A stretch of DNA of 63,178 bases, filler included, from Lenisia limosa (taxonomy: Eukaryota > Protista > Breviatea), in the NCBI GenBank assembly GCA_001655205.1. It is 8 parts of 8 records of this genome, joined end to end, with 100 filler letters (N's around TTAATTAATTAA, not from the genome) between each part and the next. Parts side by side here need not be neighbours in the genome. Positions count along the whole stretch, not along the records: positions 11,840 to 17,341 come from LPNZ01005052.1; positions 17,442 to 27,346 come from LPNZ01010384.1; 6 more parts are not named here. One strand, given 5' to 3'. Below the pieces are notes generated by a model. The model was not told the origin of the DNA. It was given only the letters and a program-made list of their open reading frames with translations, and made no database searches. Of the stretch, positions 11,740-24,700 are shown piece by piece. Made by a program: the position numbers and the translations under genes. The stretch's first letter is position 1. The number at the start of each line of letters is the position of its first letter.

Positions 11740-12044
11740 NNNNNNNNNNNNNNNNNNNNNNNNNNNNNNNNNNNNNNNNNNNNTTAATTAATTAANNNNN
11801 NNNNNNNNNNNNNNNNNNNNNNNNNNNNNNNNNNNNNNNATACAATTTCAAAAAACTGGGCCCCTTCATATGCACTGGGCCCCTTCATATTCCCTGACCA
11901 ATATATTATACTATACAGTATATGTGTACTTATAATATAAATCAATATGAATTATTTATTAGTTGTTTCAGGGTTTCAAGGTTCACAGTTAAAACAATAG
12001 GAAATATGACTCTGAAAATTACACATACCTTCCCAATAATGCCT

Positions 12045-15000
12045 TCAATTCCGATAATTTGCTCCGCAGTGGAGGGGAAGGAGCACTTGTCTCCAAGAAA
12101 TGGGGTGGCTTTGTGGGTTTCCAAGAGTCTGAGTGTGAATGATGTACTCATGTCCATGATAGAAACTGTCCTCCAAATTTTTAGACAAAATGAAACCAAG
12201 GTAAATTCCAGTGACAAAGACGTTTTGCGTAGTAGGCACGGGTGATGATGCCCAAATTTACCACATTCGCTGATCTTTCAAAGTATCAGCAACTCTCTTT
12301 AATACAAATCACACCTATATTTGAACGCAGCACCCTTGACAATTCTGGACACTGTGATAGTGTACGAAGGATATGGTCCTGTAGGGGGTGAAAATACAAA
12401 ACTCATTAGGTTTTTGGGCCAATTTGATAAAAACGCATCATTTCCACCAATAATGTTACCTTGTTTTAAAAGAACTTTATGAGTCATATTACTACATTCT
12501 ATTTGTTGTATTGATTACTGTTTGGCATAGTCACATTGGCTGCACTTCTGTTCTGTCTCTCATATAAGAAGTTTATTGAAATTGTAAATGATATATTATA
12601 GTCTTGTGGAAAAGTGTAACTTTAAACGCTACTCGTATATCATGAATATATCTTACCAGTTTTTGGTTTGAAGCTTGTCCCCGCCTTGAGCTTCCAGAAA
12701 TTCTGAGGAATTAGATTTTCAATGGTGAAATCATAAACAAAAGCTAACGCCTCGGTAAGGGTATGGTGAAAAAAACAGTACGTATTTTCCATGATGCCAC
12801 CAAGCGTATTTCAGAAAATGTATGAGTGTTAAAAAACAAATACCAAATTATCTAGACATATTACCTTATCTTGAGCCCAAGATGTAATACATACATATCA
12901 TATATTTATTGAAATCATAACAAACCTGAAGGTTACCCCAGTTGCATTTGATGTAGAGAGGGCCACCTGCAGGGTTGATGGCCTCAGTCACTTCCTGGTT
13001 CAATTCTGGAAGACGTAAACATCATAATATATATCTATGATATGTCCAAATAATAAGAAAAATAATAAAATAATAACAATTGTTGTTAATTAGGGTTCCA
13101 ATTTCGGGCAGTTCAAGATTGTGAAATTTCGGTGAAGCTGTTGCGTAGAGTAACAGTGAAATATCGATAGTCGTCGAGGATTTATCAGAAATTCTGTCAT
13201 ATTTCGAACCGAAGTGAAGCCTAACTTCCTACGGATAGTTTTGACAAGGCCTGAGGGAATTCTTTTCCACGTGTCGAGCTTCGAAAGATTGTCAGAATGA
13301 ACCCCCATCTAGAAGAGGACGGTAAAATATTGACTAAAAAAGAGAACTGGAGTTTATTTAAAATGAGAAATACAACAACAAAGATTCGGTTCAGAACTGT
13401 CCACACTAAATCATATGTAGCAAAATATTCAAACTTTAGTCCGTGAATACTTTATCTATCATTAGGAAGCTAAATAAGAAAACAACTCGTTCCCACCTTT
13501 AAATTGCAACCAATATTGGCCAATTCTAGGGGGATAGTGACAGTAATTTTACGGCCAGGAAGGGAGCTTACACCGAGGTAAGAGAGGCCATTTTTCAGAC
13601 TAGGAAGTGAGTAAAGGCACTCTCCAGCATCTTTATTATATTTCTGTGAGCGTTTTCTTTGTGAACTAGCCGACACATTGATACATCTTTCAATTAAAAG
13701 CAAAAAAAATAAATATATATATATAAAGTGGATGTATCAAATGCCCTTTCCAACGTGTAAGTCATTGTGACATCAGAGGTGTCGGACAGGCTTGCGAAGC
13801 TATTCAAGCCTGATGAAATCACAGTCAATGACGAATTAAAGAGAGAAGTAAAAGATGTGATGGCCTCAAATGAACCCAGTTCTTGGTGACATCAGCGAAA
13901 TGTCAACCATAGAAAAGACGAAATTGGGGTTTATGGTTAGGACACGTAAAAAATGAAAGTGCAAGATAATACTGAGAGAAAAAACACAATATGTAAGTCG
14001 TATCTGAATATCGTAAATGACAACAAATTACCAGGGAAGGTATCTACGGAGGCCAGGGCGGGAACGTCACCGTTAATATCGGCTAAATATGTCAGCAGTG
14101 ACAAATAGGCGAAAACGAGAAACATATTGAAAGCAAAAATGCACATCCACAATATGTAATGTATACTAGTTTATACTATATCTATATATTCCCACCTGGG
14201 GGGTTGAACTCTGGCCGCAAATCCATGAGGGACTGAAGGAGCAAACAGGTCTCGACAGCCGTGTTAGAATTCTGTTTGGAGGAGGGTGAGTGAAACATAG
14301 AAAACTGTTTTATTTTTATAAAAAAAGCTGAGGTGCTTGTGAGGTAGAAAATGGAATACTTTGGGAGAATAAAACTGAACAGAATATAACAGAAGATTCG
14401 AAATGAAAATGAGAGACTACACCCCCTCCCTCTTTCCTGAAAATGTTCTTATTGTTTAGGGTGCAACATTTGATTGCTTAATTTTCATTCTAAAACAGAC
14501 TGTCTTCTTTTTTTCTTCCATCCATTTTTGTGATCAANNNNNNNNNNNNNNNNNNNNNNNNNNNNNNNNNNNNNNNNNNNNNNNNNNNNNNNNNNNNNNN
14601 NNNNNNTGCAGTGAGTGATAGCGATGTTGTGGATCAAGTTGCTGAAGTAACTCACGTCGTCCTGTATGTGTGTCAAAGTAGGTCATACAAGGGAAACGAA
14701 CCGTCAACGAACATGATTTGCGTCATTTAGATTAAGTGTAAGTAAATAAATTATTAGGGCAACCTCAGAAAGTAAAACTGTTATTTCACAAGGCATCCTG
14801 AAACAGAAACCGAATTTTGATCAACTACTGTTCATAATAAACATACAACGCAACATCAACTGGATTAGAACGTTAGATATCAAAAACAAAAGCAAGATGA
14901 TACAAATTAACAAAAATATTGATACAATCGAAAAGTCCCCAGCCTACTGCGTCAGTAACCATGGGACTCATGTATTTACGGTCTGAGAAGGGCCGTTTGA

Positions 15001-18000
15001 GATTCTCCTGGGGGTGATATGGGTAAGTTTCAATGTTACACACAATATACAACACACAATTGATATGTATATAACCCACCGTTCTATGATGAATGATTAT
15101 TTAATCCGGTGCGTAATGAACGATACTACAATATGTGCTAATTAATAGAATAACATCGGAAACTTACAAATTGAATGTCTGTGAGCGACTCAATAAATGA
15201 CTGGCCGCCAGATGACATATCCTCAAGAAGCTGCATGTGTTAGATGGGCTTTAGCAAAAAGGAAAGTAGTTATTGATTAATTGTTTCCCCTAAATTTCTC
15301 ATGTAATAAAACTCCTCCTGTTCAAAAAAAATAAAAAATAAAAAATAGCAAGATGGGAAGGAAGGTCATTGTTTTCGCTGGTTTCGGAAGTTTAAGTTCC
15401 GTAACTGTCACAAAAAATGCCCCAAATAAACAACTTCAAATAGATATTCTCTCACTTTAATTGACGAGAGATCTCCAACTCCAGAGGGAATGGGTTTGAT
15501 AAACGAGCTGACTCCCCACCTGAATCGTAATACTCAGTTATGTTAGTAAAAATTATGTATTTCTGTAGGAATAATTACATGCATAGTTCTCTACGATGAG
15601 TAACAAATTAACAATAAAGTCAAAGTAAATTTAAATCTTGTTACAATCGATGATCATATCATATCTATCCTGGAATCTATGAACGATAATTCACAAGCAA
15701 TATAAGGATTTACGTAAAACCAACCAGTAGAACGGAATATTGATGCCTCCCTTCATGAGCGTCAGTTTGTGAGCCCACATGTGATGATAGTAGTTTCCCC
15801 AGAGTAGCTACGTAATATCAATAACAAAGTGATGATAGTAGTTTCCACAGACTAGCAAAATGGAATAACAATTACAAAGTGGTGATAGTAGTTTTCCAAG
15901 AGAAGTTACAGAATATTAGACATGAGAAATAAAATATGGTTCTATCTGGAGAAGCTGTCTATACCATCACACTAAGAAGAGATATTTGATTATTAAAATT
16001 ATATATGTATACTAATTCATCTCTGCAGAATAGAAATTAAAAATTTGAAAAGGGAGTGGCTGGGGGAAGTCGTAAGAATAATACGCCAAAGAAAAGCAAA
16101 GAAAAAATAAAAAGGGAGATGANNNNNNNNNNNNNNNNNNNNNNNNNNNNNNNNNNNNNNNNNNNNNNNNNNNNNNNNNNNNNNNNNNNNNNNNNNNNNN
16201 NNNNNNNNNNNNNNNNNNNNNNNNNNNNNNNNNNNNNNNNNNNNNNNNNNNNNNNNNNNNNNNNNNNNNNNNNNNNNNNNNNNNNNNNNNNNNNNNNNNN
16301 NNNNNNNNNNNNNNNNNNNNNNNNNNNNNNNNNNNNNNNNNNNNNNNNNNNNNNNNNNNNNNNNNNNNNNNNNNNNNNNNNNNGTTTCATCTATGAAGTA
16401 GACAAAAATAAAAGTCTTGATGGGTATTAAACGACAGTTACATACATATGATGTCTCTGAGTAATCATTATGATTATACACTTTTCTCGATCTTAATACA
16501 TACAGTGTATCTGTTGACAATGAAAGGATATCACATCATATGAATGCCTTGGTAATTGGAATATATTACAATAATAGTTGTCACGGAAATAGTAAATGAT
16601 TATGAGGAAAACCAAACTACAATGGCAATATTTCAAGTACTCCAACCTATACCAAATTTGAAGTTACCCCCCCCCCCATACCAGGATTTCCTCGGTCATG
16701 ATACTGCCCATTAACAACGATAACGTCCGCGGCATCTATTGCCGCTTTAGTGCCGTTGACGTCATCCATCATCTCGTTGTTGGCAAATACTGTGACCTGG
16801 GGGGTCGTCAATAAACCAACTTTTGCTTTCTCTTGGAAGACAAAGGAAACAGGTTAACAGAAAGAAAATGCAGTATATTTACATAAGTCATGGAAGAATA
16901 AAGATGCACTTTCGGTTCCAAAAAAAACAAAAAATTCTCTAGAAATTCTCGATACATATTATCCACATGCAATTTGAAACAAAAGGGGTAAACTTGGAAA
17001 ATTTATGAAACAAAAAGCCTGTGAGGTGGGGGGGTTGGCAATAAATGAAGGGGGTGAAAATAAGGAATTATTGCTGGAAAGGAAGAGGACGAAATGCGAA
17101 TAAAGGAGGTGGTGAAATGAAGGAAAATCTCAGAGATAATATCTTGGACCGAAGTAGGGCTTCACTTCAGTACGAAAAATTCTCGAAAAATATCGATAGT
17201 TTTCGAGTATTTATCGAGAAATTCAGTCTTTTTTTCGAACCGAAGTGAAACCTTAGACCGATGGGAAGGAACCTACAGAGCAGCCAAGAGAAGTCGCCAG
17301 CTGAGCGTCAGTGGAGGCCTCATTGCCGATCACAACAACCTNNNNNNNNNNNNNNNNNNNNNNNNNNNNNNNNNNNNNNNNNNNNTTAATTAATTAANNN
17401 NNNNNNNNNNNNNNNNNNNNNNNNNNNNNNNNNNNNNNNNNCCAGGCCAGTCGAAAATGTATGAACACAAAAACAAAACCCCAGGATCAACTCTCTTGAC
17501 AAGCGTTTGGGAAACAGATAAGGGTTGATTGAAAACAACAATTATATAAGAGTAGAAGTATGACTATTATCCCACCTGATCAGCATTATCCCCCCCCCAC
17601 CCCTTCACCTTATTTACATGATAGCACCCACCTTATTAGCAGCATGAAGGTCAGCAGTGGGAGCGTCAACTTCGATTGTTGCGGTGCCATTAGTGCTCAA
17701 AGTAAGACCACTACGTGTGGAGTAAACATGAAATACAACAAAAACAACAGAATCTAGCATTTGCAACACAAAACAAAGCTCTAATCAGAGTTCTTTTGAA
17801 ATAGATTTGTAACATATACCCATCTGTCAAATTGTTTTCATTGAAAACTGATTGACAATCACCCCTANNNNNNNNNNNNNNNNNNNNNNNNNNNNNNNNN
17901 NNNNNNNNNNNNNNNNNNNNNCATTGTGATCCAATCATTTCTTTGGAAGATAGGAATCACCCGAAAAACAACTTCCCGACATCAAAATAAACAACCCGGC

Positions 18001-18070
18001 CCAGTTCTCACGTAATGACACAAATCAAATTGCTCAGCAGCAGAGCGCAGATAAGAGCGGCATTCATCAT
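12045..18070 (-). CDS. Large multi-exon, probably secreted protein of unknown function (crosses contig join at 17342-17441)
   Basis: Signal-like first exon MMNAALICALLLSNLICVIT|gtgag at 18070. Co-oriented GT-AG exons follow: GLTLSTNGTATIEVDAPTADLHAANK, VVVIGNEASTDAQLATSLGCS, VTVFANNEMMDDVNGTKAAIDAADVIVVNGQYHDRGNP, LLEDMSSGGQSFIESLTDIQF, ADINGDVPALASVDTFP, ELNQEVTEAINPAGGPLYIKCNW, terminal ...LHCGANYRN*. Could be two genes. Confidence 0.45.
17155..17255. mobile_element. hAT-like MITE (family 1)
   Basis: TAGGGCTTCACTTC...GAAGTGAAACCTTA; flanks GACCGAAG / GACCGATG (7/8). Confidence 0.8.
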
Positions 18071-18798
18071 GGAGTAACGGCAAAGGATGGTCAGGAAGGT
18101 ATCTATTCCTCAGGTTGTTGCAGCATTAATTACTGTTGTTTTTTATTATAAAACGACGGCGAAAGGCCAGGAAGGGCAGCGAAGCATGCACAAACACAAA
18201 AAGCGATTTCGGTTGAATTTACTGAAATTTTACGATTTTTGGTCTTTTGCAGTCATACCAAGTCGCGTGCGGCTGCGTGGGGCCCCCTCTCACTTATGCT
18301 AATTGCCTGCTAATGCACGAATACAAATAAGAAAAAAAAACACACAATAGCGCAGGAAAGCAGATTGGCAGAACATTGCAAATACACCCTCTCAGAGGTA
18401 TGCGCTTCTTCCTCATCGTTTCCTTTGATATTTCGATTTTATTATGTATCTAATCTGTGTTTTAGACTGGTTTTAGAGATTCATTAGTTTATTCCCAACT
18501 GTTGGATTTGTCAAAATTCAAACCCCTCTATTATCTGCAATTTGATAGACCAGATTAAACTATCTTTTTGTTAACTCTGGCCGGATACCCCTTCCAAGCT
18601 TCACTAGTAGAACGTTATATACAAGGAATATATACCCGGCTGTATTTTTGAATCTGGCATTAATTATTAACGGGTCGATTTCTCCGCATTCCGACATATC
18701 CCCTGCCTTTTTTGGTTCTCTTCTATCAAGTATGCTTTTCTCTGTTTTGTATCATATCAATGGTTTTTCTGCTTTTCTTAGTCCGCCGTAATGTTTAG

Positions 18799-21700
18799 AT
18801 GATCTGGTGGTTGGTGGCCTTAGCCTGCTTTCATTTCGCTACTCCGCTTGCCACGTCATCATGTGTAACCACTCAACTTCCGTGCCCCTTGATACCTGAA
18901 GAATTGGAGGATTTGTTCTCACCATGTCCCGGACCAACAGAGCTTTTTCGATCCAAACTGTCGAATTCCGATCTTGATCAGTCAAAAAGCTGTGCTGGCG
19001 CAGTATGTGGGGTATAGGGTAAATTGATAAGAAAGGAACTGGTGGGGGAATATGCCATTTCTTATAATACATACATATATAACTTCAATGACTATCTTAT
19101 TGTGGTGTTGAGAGCTTGTTCCAACTTCGTTACTTTTTTTAGTTTGTGAATTACGACTCAATTGACAAACCTGGAGGAGGCTGGCGGTACTCAAGGTAAG
19201 GGCACTTGTACCATTGACAAATCTTCAATTGATTTGCTATTTATGATTTAACAACGATAAGCAGCACTTTTGGAATGAGCATTTGTAACTCAATTCACCA
19301 TAATTTGTATTATGTTAGGTTGGGAAACATTTTTTGATTTCCTAAGTTTGAGATGAGGATGTTGTGTACTGCTATACGTCAGGTACTACCTATACATATA
19401 AAGTTAGAAGCGCTCACGTTGCAGACTTGTCGACCCCGCCACATGGCCTCAAAAGGTCCACATTGTGGGAAACTTTACTGCACTCCAAGCTGCTCTGAGT
19501 GCCGTTGAAACCGGTGACCTTGTTTGGATCCAAGTCAGGGGGGGGGGTGGCATCAAATCAGATAGAGCTTCACTTTGGTTCCAAAAAAGACTGAATTCTC
19601 GATAAATCCTCGATAAATATTGATATTTTGTCAGTCTGTTGGACCGAAAGTGAAGCTCTCAGATTAGAACATTGTCAAATAGAGGAGAAGCGGCAATATG
19701 AATGTAAAACCATGGTCTGTTTTAGCAGCAATCCAATCCATTCAAGTTAATCTGTTCCAACTTGAACCCCTTACTGTTTAGATCATAGATCAAATGTGTA
19801 GATAGAGGGTATTGGGTTTTGACAGCCCTCCACACACACTCCCCCCCCCCNNNNNNNNNNNNNNNNNNNNNNNNNNNNNNNNNNNNNNNNNNNNNNNNNN
19901 NNNNNNNNNNNNNNNNNNNNNNNNNNNNNNNNNNNNNNNNNNNNNNNNNNNNNNNNNNNNNNNNNNNNNNNNNNNNNNNNGCTCATTTAGGATGGTGCTA
20001 TTATTGACCTGACCCCTCTCGAAGGTTCAATCATGTATGTCGATAAGATAAGTAGGCGGTTTTCCAATTTATTATTATTATTTGGCACTTCATCGGATTC
20101 TATGCATTCAATTATTTCGAAAAACTAGTCTCTGAAATGGCGATCTCGTTGATTTTGTGTTCCACTTCAAATTCCAAACAGAGTTTTAAAACTAATTTAC
20201 AGAGTTCTTCTCTCTGTCAATCTTTCTAATTCCTGAATTTCTTTTGATAATTGAACTTTTTTTGAAAATCATAAAATTTGATTCAGTCATTCTGAAAATA
20301 GTGAAATGGTTGTTTTTGTCATGGCATTCCTGGATAAAAAAACGAACATCCGTTTACCCTACAGTTACCATTGCCGGTGGCAGAGGCGGACCAGTTCATG
20401 ATGCCCCCTACAGGTAGGCTGAATTCTTTTGGTCAATATTGCTCCATATAATGTTGAAATACTCTTTGATCTTTGATCAATAGTCTAAGAGCATTTTAGC
20501 CTTGAAGGAGCTTCAACAGGGGGTGCTATTCTCAAGTCCTCAGCTGGAAAGGCCAGGCCCTTACAGTTCAGATAGTAAGGATCTAAGGGATGTATTAAAG
20601 CTTATTTCTGATTCCATTGGGAAACTCTGATTATTGTCTCTTCTTAAGTTATGACTATTTGGCTACAGTTTCCAGTTATCTGCCGACAAGTGTGTTGTTG
20701 CAGTTGTTCATATGGTATAATTTCACTCCATGCGAAAGCCTTTTTACCCGCTTCCCTAGTGCTGGAAACAATACCCATCCATTCCGAGTAACAGGCCTAA
20801 CCATTATCGGGCCCCGAATGGCGGTTGGCGACTACTTCGAGTACTACNNNNNNNNNNNNNNNNNNNNNNNNNNNNNNNNNNNNNNNNNNNNNNNNNNNNN
20901 NNNNNNNNNNNNNNNNNNNNNNNNNNNNNNNNNNNNNNNNNNNNNNNNNNNNNNNNNNNNNNNNNNNNNNNNNNNNNNNNNNNNNNNNNNNNNNNNCTTT
21001 CTCTCACAACTAGGGCATTTTAATGTTATATTCAAGTTTTTATATTTTTATGTGTGTTATACATTTGCCTACTATTTTTAATGATACAATATACTGTCTA
21101 CCCCACGCTATATTCACATACCAGATCTCTCACTGGTACTATGGTGGGGTTGTAGTGTCCGCTGCAAGCGTGAATGTGCATCACTGCTATATTCACGATA
21201 ATACAGGGTTGGTGGTTTGCTGGTATGTTCTATCAATAACACCTCAAATTTTAAGGATTAATGTTTGCCTGAGAATGATTCCAATATATTCACTTGCCCT
21301 TTTAGTCTGGTAGTGACGTTTATTTTATGGAGTATTTAAAATTTAGTTAATTTCGTTTTTCAAAACAACACAACAACCAAGATTGCACAAGGTTTCTGTC
21401 ATATTTATCTGCCCAGCCCCGGTTTGGGATATGGAGTCGTTATTGGGAGGGGTAGATCAAAGATCAGTTATGTGGTCTTCGACATGAATCGTCACGATAT
21501 CGCAGCGAGTGGTGAGTTGGTGTTGAGTTATCCATACAAACGTACTATTTGGTGAAGGTGATATGATATTTTTACAAACAACGAAACACATTGAACCTGT
21601 ATTTACTTTTGATTTCTCTTCGTTTTTCTCTTTTGAAGAAGCCTTTTTCAAACATACTAATTCTGATACAACAGGTTATGTTACGGAAGCTTACGAAGTT

Positions 21701-24700
21701 TCAAATTCCATTTTCCTGCCAAGATGTCTTTCAACTAGGGTATGAAATCAATGGTACCATATGAGGTAATTATTGATTGTATGTTGTGTTTTTTAAAACA
21801 TGTAATAACCTGTCTAGCAATTATTTTTATGTAAGATATACCGTGTGATTAGTTTTTGAATCATAACTGTTTCAGCTTGACATGCATGGAGAAGAAGACC
21901 ACTATAAATCCCATCACACCGCAATTTATCGTTTTGACGCCTCCTCAAACCTTGGTCTTTCTTCAGGTGGGATGAGGTGAAACAAATTATACTTTTACTA
22001 CAAATGGGTTCCAGCGTTTTGAGAACATATCCGATGTTATCGACTTAATAGCACTTTTTGTGACCAATATCTTTAAACATTCCAGCTCAGCGCATAAAAT
22101 GCCCTTTGACTCTCAGTGGGGGCACGTTTGAGTCCGTTGGAAAAGTGGAAGGTGGTCTCCGGTTAGTTGGTAGTAGTATAATCATGATTGATTATATCGT
22201 TTTTAGGTGGTTTTTTACCATTTAAACTTGACCTTGTACTTTCTCTCTTATGGTATTTCAAAACCTACTGGCTTACATTGATAGTTCTATTATTATTTCT
22301 CATTTTTCTGTAGTCTGAATGGGGTGTCAGATTTTGGCTCAAGTACATGTACTGAACTCCACTCATCAAAGGTAGGTGACTTATTGTTGAAAGGATATGG
22401 ATTATTAAGTAGGTTTATTTTTATCACTTTCTTGAATGTTTTTGTTTTGAGATCGTGAGTAATAATGCTGAATGAGTGACACTTGACAAGATTGAATTTT
22501 CCTCTGTGTTAAGATATTAGGTGACTTTCCATATTTGGATAAAACCGGAGACTGTGACAACGTATCCTATTGCGCAAACCATCAATACTGGCCTAAAATC
22601 CGGGTTAGTTGTTTTGGTGCTACATATTTATTCAAGGTGTGGTACTTTTATTTTTAGATATTGTGTATCTTTTATATTTACACAGGTAACATTCTTCAAA
22701 GGTGATCAGCATTAACATTACCAATTAGTTGGGAGCTCGCTGTTGTATCCAGTATTGCCACTTTGCGCTACTACACGTCTGACGGAACTCTAAGAACTGA
22801 AACGGCGTCATTGCATTCGATTCCCCTTGCATCATGGACGCACGTCGCCTTCCGCATTCGAGCGGACGGCCAGGCAAATATCTGGGTTGACGGAAATGTC
22901 ACGCATTCCACCGCACCTGATTCAGTGACTTTCAGCTACGATGATTCCGGCACTTCAACGTTCATTTTGGGCCATGATGGCGCTTCGGGCTTTTTTAATG
23001 GGATGATAGATGAGGTAGGTGCTGATTCGATAGTAACTACCAAATAATTGAGTTTGTTGTCTTATTTTTTTGTTTGGGAAGAGGTCCATGTTGTTTATAT
23101 GGTGAATCGTTTTTTGTTTGTGTCATTCAAACAATGTATAACTTTCAAAATTATCAATTCAGGGATCAGTTTTGCTCCCTCACTCTTCCAGATGAGAATG
23201 TACAAAATGGAGGGCACGGATGACGAAATTATATATCGTTCAACTAAGTCTTTGGATGTTGCGGGTGAGTTGGGCAAGAGAGGGGGTGTAAGTAAAGAAA
23301 TACGTACTTCAACTGAATATTCACGAAGTTGTTTTTTTTTATCAGTATTTATATTTTGCTTCTTTTTTCACACTTTTTTTTTCACCTTTTACAATATCAT
23401 TTCATCATATATCATATTTATAGCTTGATATGATATAATATATGTGCTAATTACCGAAAAATTCATTTTTTTTTCAGGAGACTACATTCACATTCACCAC
23501 AACACTGCTTTCAGCCGGGACACTGTCTTCGATTTTATTGGGATCAGAGGAGTGCCAGATCTTGGTATGTGATATGCAGTCCCTTGAATAACACACTACA
23601 TTAGTATTTCTATATAATTCCATAATATGATTTCAAGGAACTAAGCAAATGGAAACTAGGTTTAACTTTTACAGGAGTTGTTGCAAATGAGAATTGGATT
23701 GAGGGTGGTGGTGTCTTTTCTGACGAAGTTGTTACTCCCTCAGATGATGACTTCTTTCAAATTAACCAAAAGGTAGTCTATTCCTCTGTATCAATGTTAT
23801 GTGAAACTCCATGATATGATGTTACTTCTTTTGGATATTTGTTCTCTGGATTAAATGGTAACCAGTTTGTATTGTTTCAAGCTGACAAACTGTTATTTTT
23901 CGCGCTTTATTTTACCACATTCATCATCATTTGATTTTACAGGGTAATGACCTTCTCAAAAACAACCTACACGGCTCGTACAACCCTGGTACAACAGTGT
24001 CGTCGTTATATGGTACCCTGATCCCATCAACAATGACCCTCTATCCCGGACCTGTCACATTCACTTTGGAGATTATTGAAGATTTCGAGCCGGTTACGCT
24101 CTATGTTTACGACAATTCTGGTTAGCTTTCTAAGGGCATTCACTTCAAAAGGCAATTTTTTACGATATGATATATCTTATTTAACTGATTTGTGTAATTG
24201 CTGATGGTTTGTTTCACTTCATGCAATTGTACATATATTTAAAGTTTGCTCATACCATTAACAGGATTGGACCCCCTGGTATTCGACCCGGCAGTGGATG
24301 AATTCACGCTAGATCTCCAAGACAACTCTGTCTATACTGTAGGTATTTCTCATAATACACAGTATTCTGTGGGTTGACTTGGGTATATTATTACACGGGG
24401 CTTCGGGTACGTATTCTTCATAATGTGTAATGCTGTTAACAGCTCCGACCAGGTACCAGCTTTTTGTTTCTCTTCATATTATGTGGGCCTCTTAAATAAG
24501 CAAAACTGTAATATCAATTGAAAAAAATGGTAAAATATTTTATTTTTATGAAGTGTAACAAATCAGATTGAGGCATTCGCTATTGACACTGTCGGAAACG
24601 TAGTCAATTTTGTGGCTCCTGCCGTAACGGTAGGAAACTATTAATTCTCTTAGTTAAATTTATACATTGGACAAATGTGGAATGAAGTAATTCTTTCTTT

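Noticed and set aside
14190-14225. B-box-like GTTCAACCC (tRNA/SINE-like) on the minus strand
   Set aside because: No A-box or cloverleaf; it lies within a probable exon end.
14180-14745. Plus-strand ubiquitin-like/TPI-like reading (LKEQTGLDSRVRILFGG...SDSDVVDQV)
   Set aside because: There is no in-frame start and it would need an 18-nt intron. The minus strand gives a phase-compatible exon chain instead. Not fully excluded.
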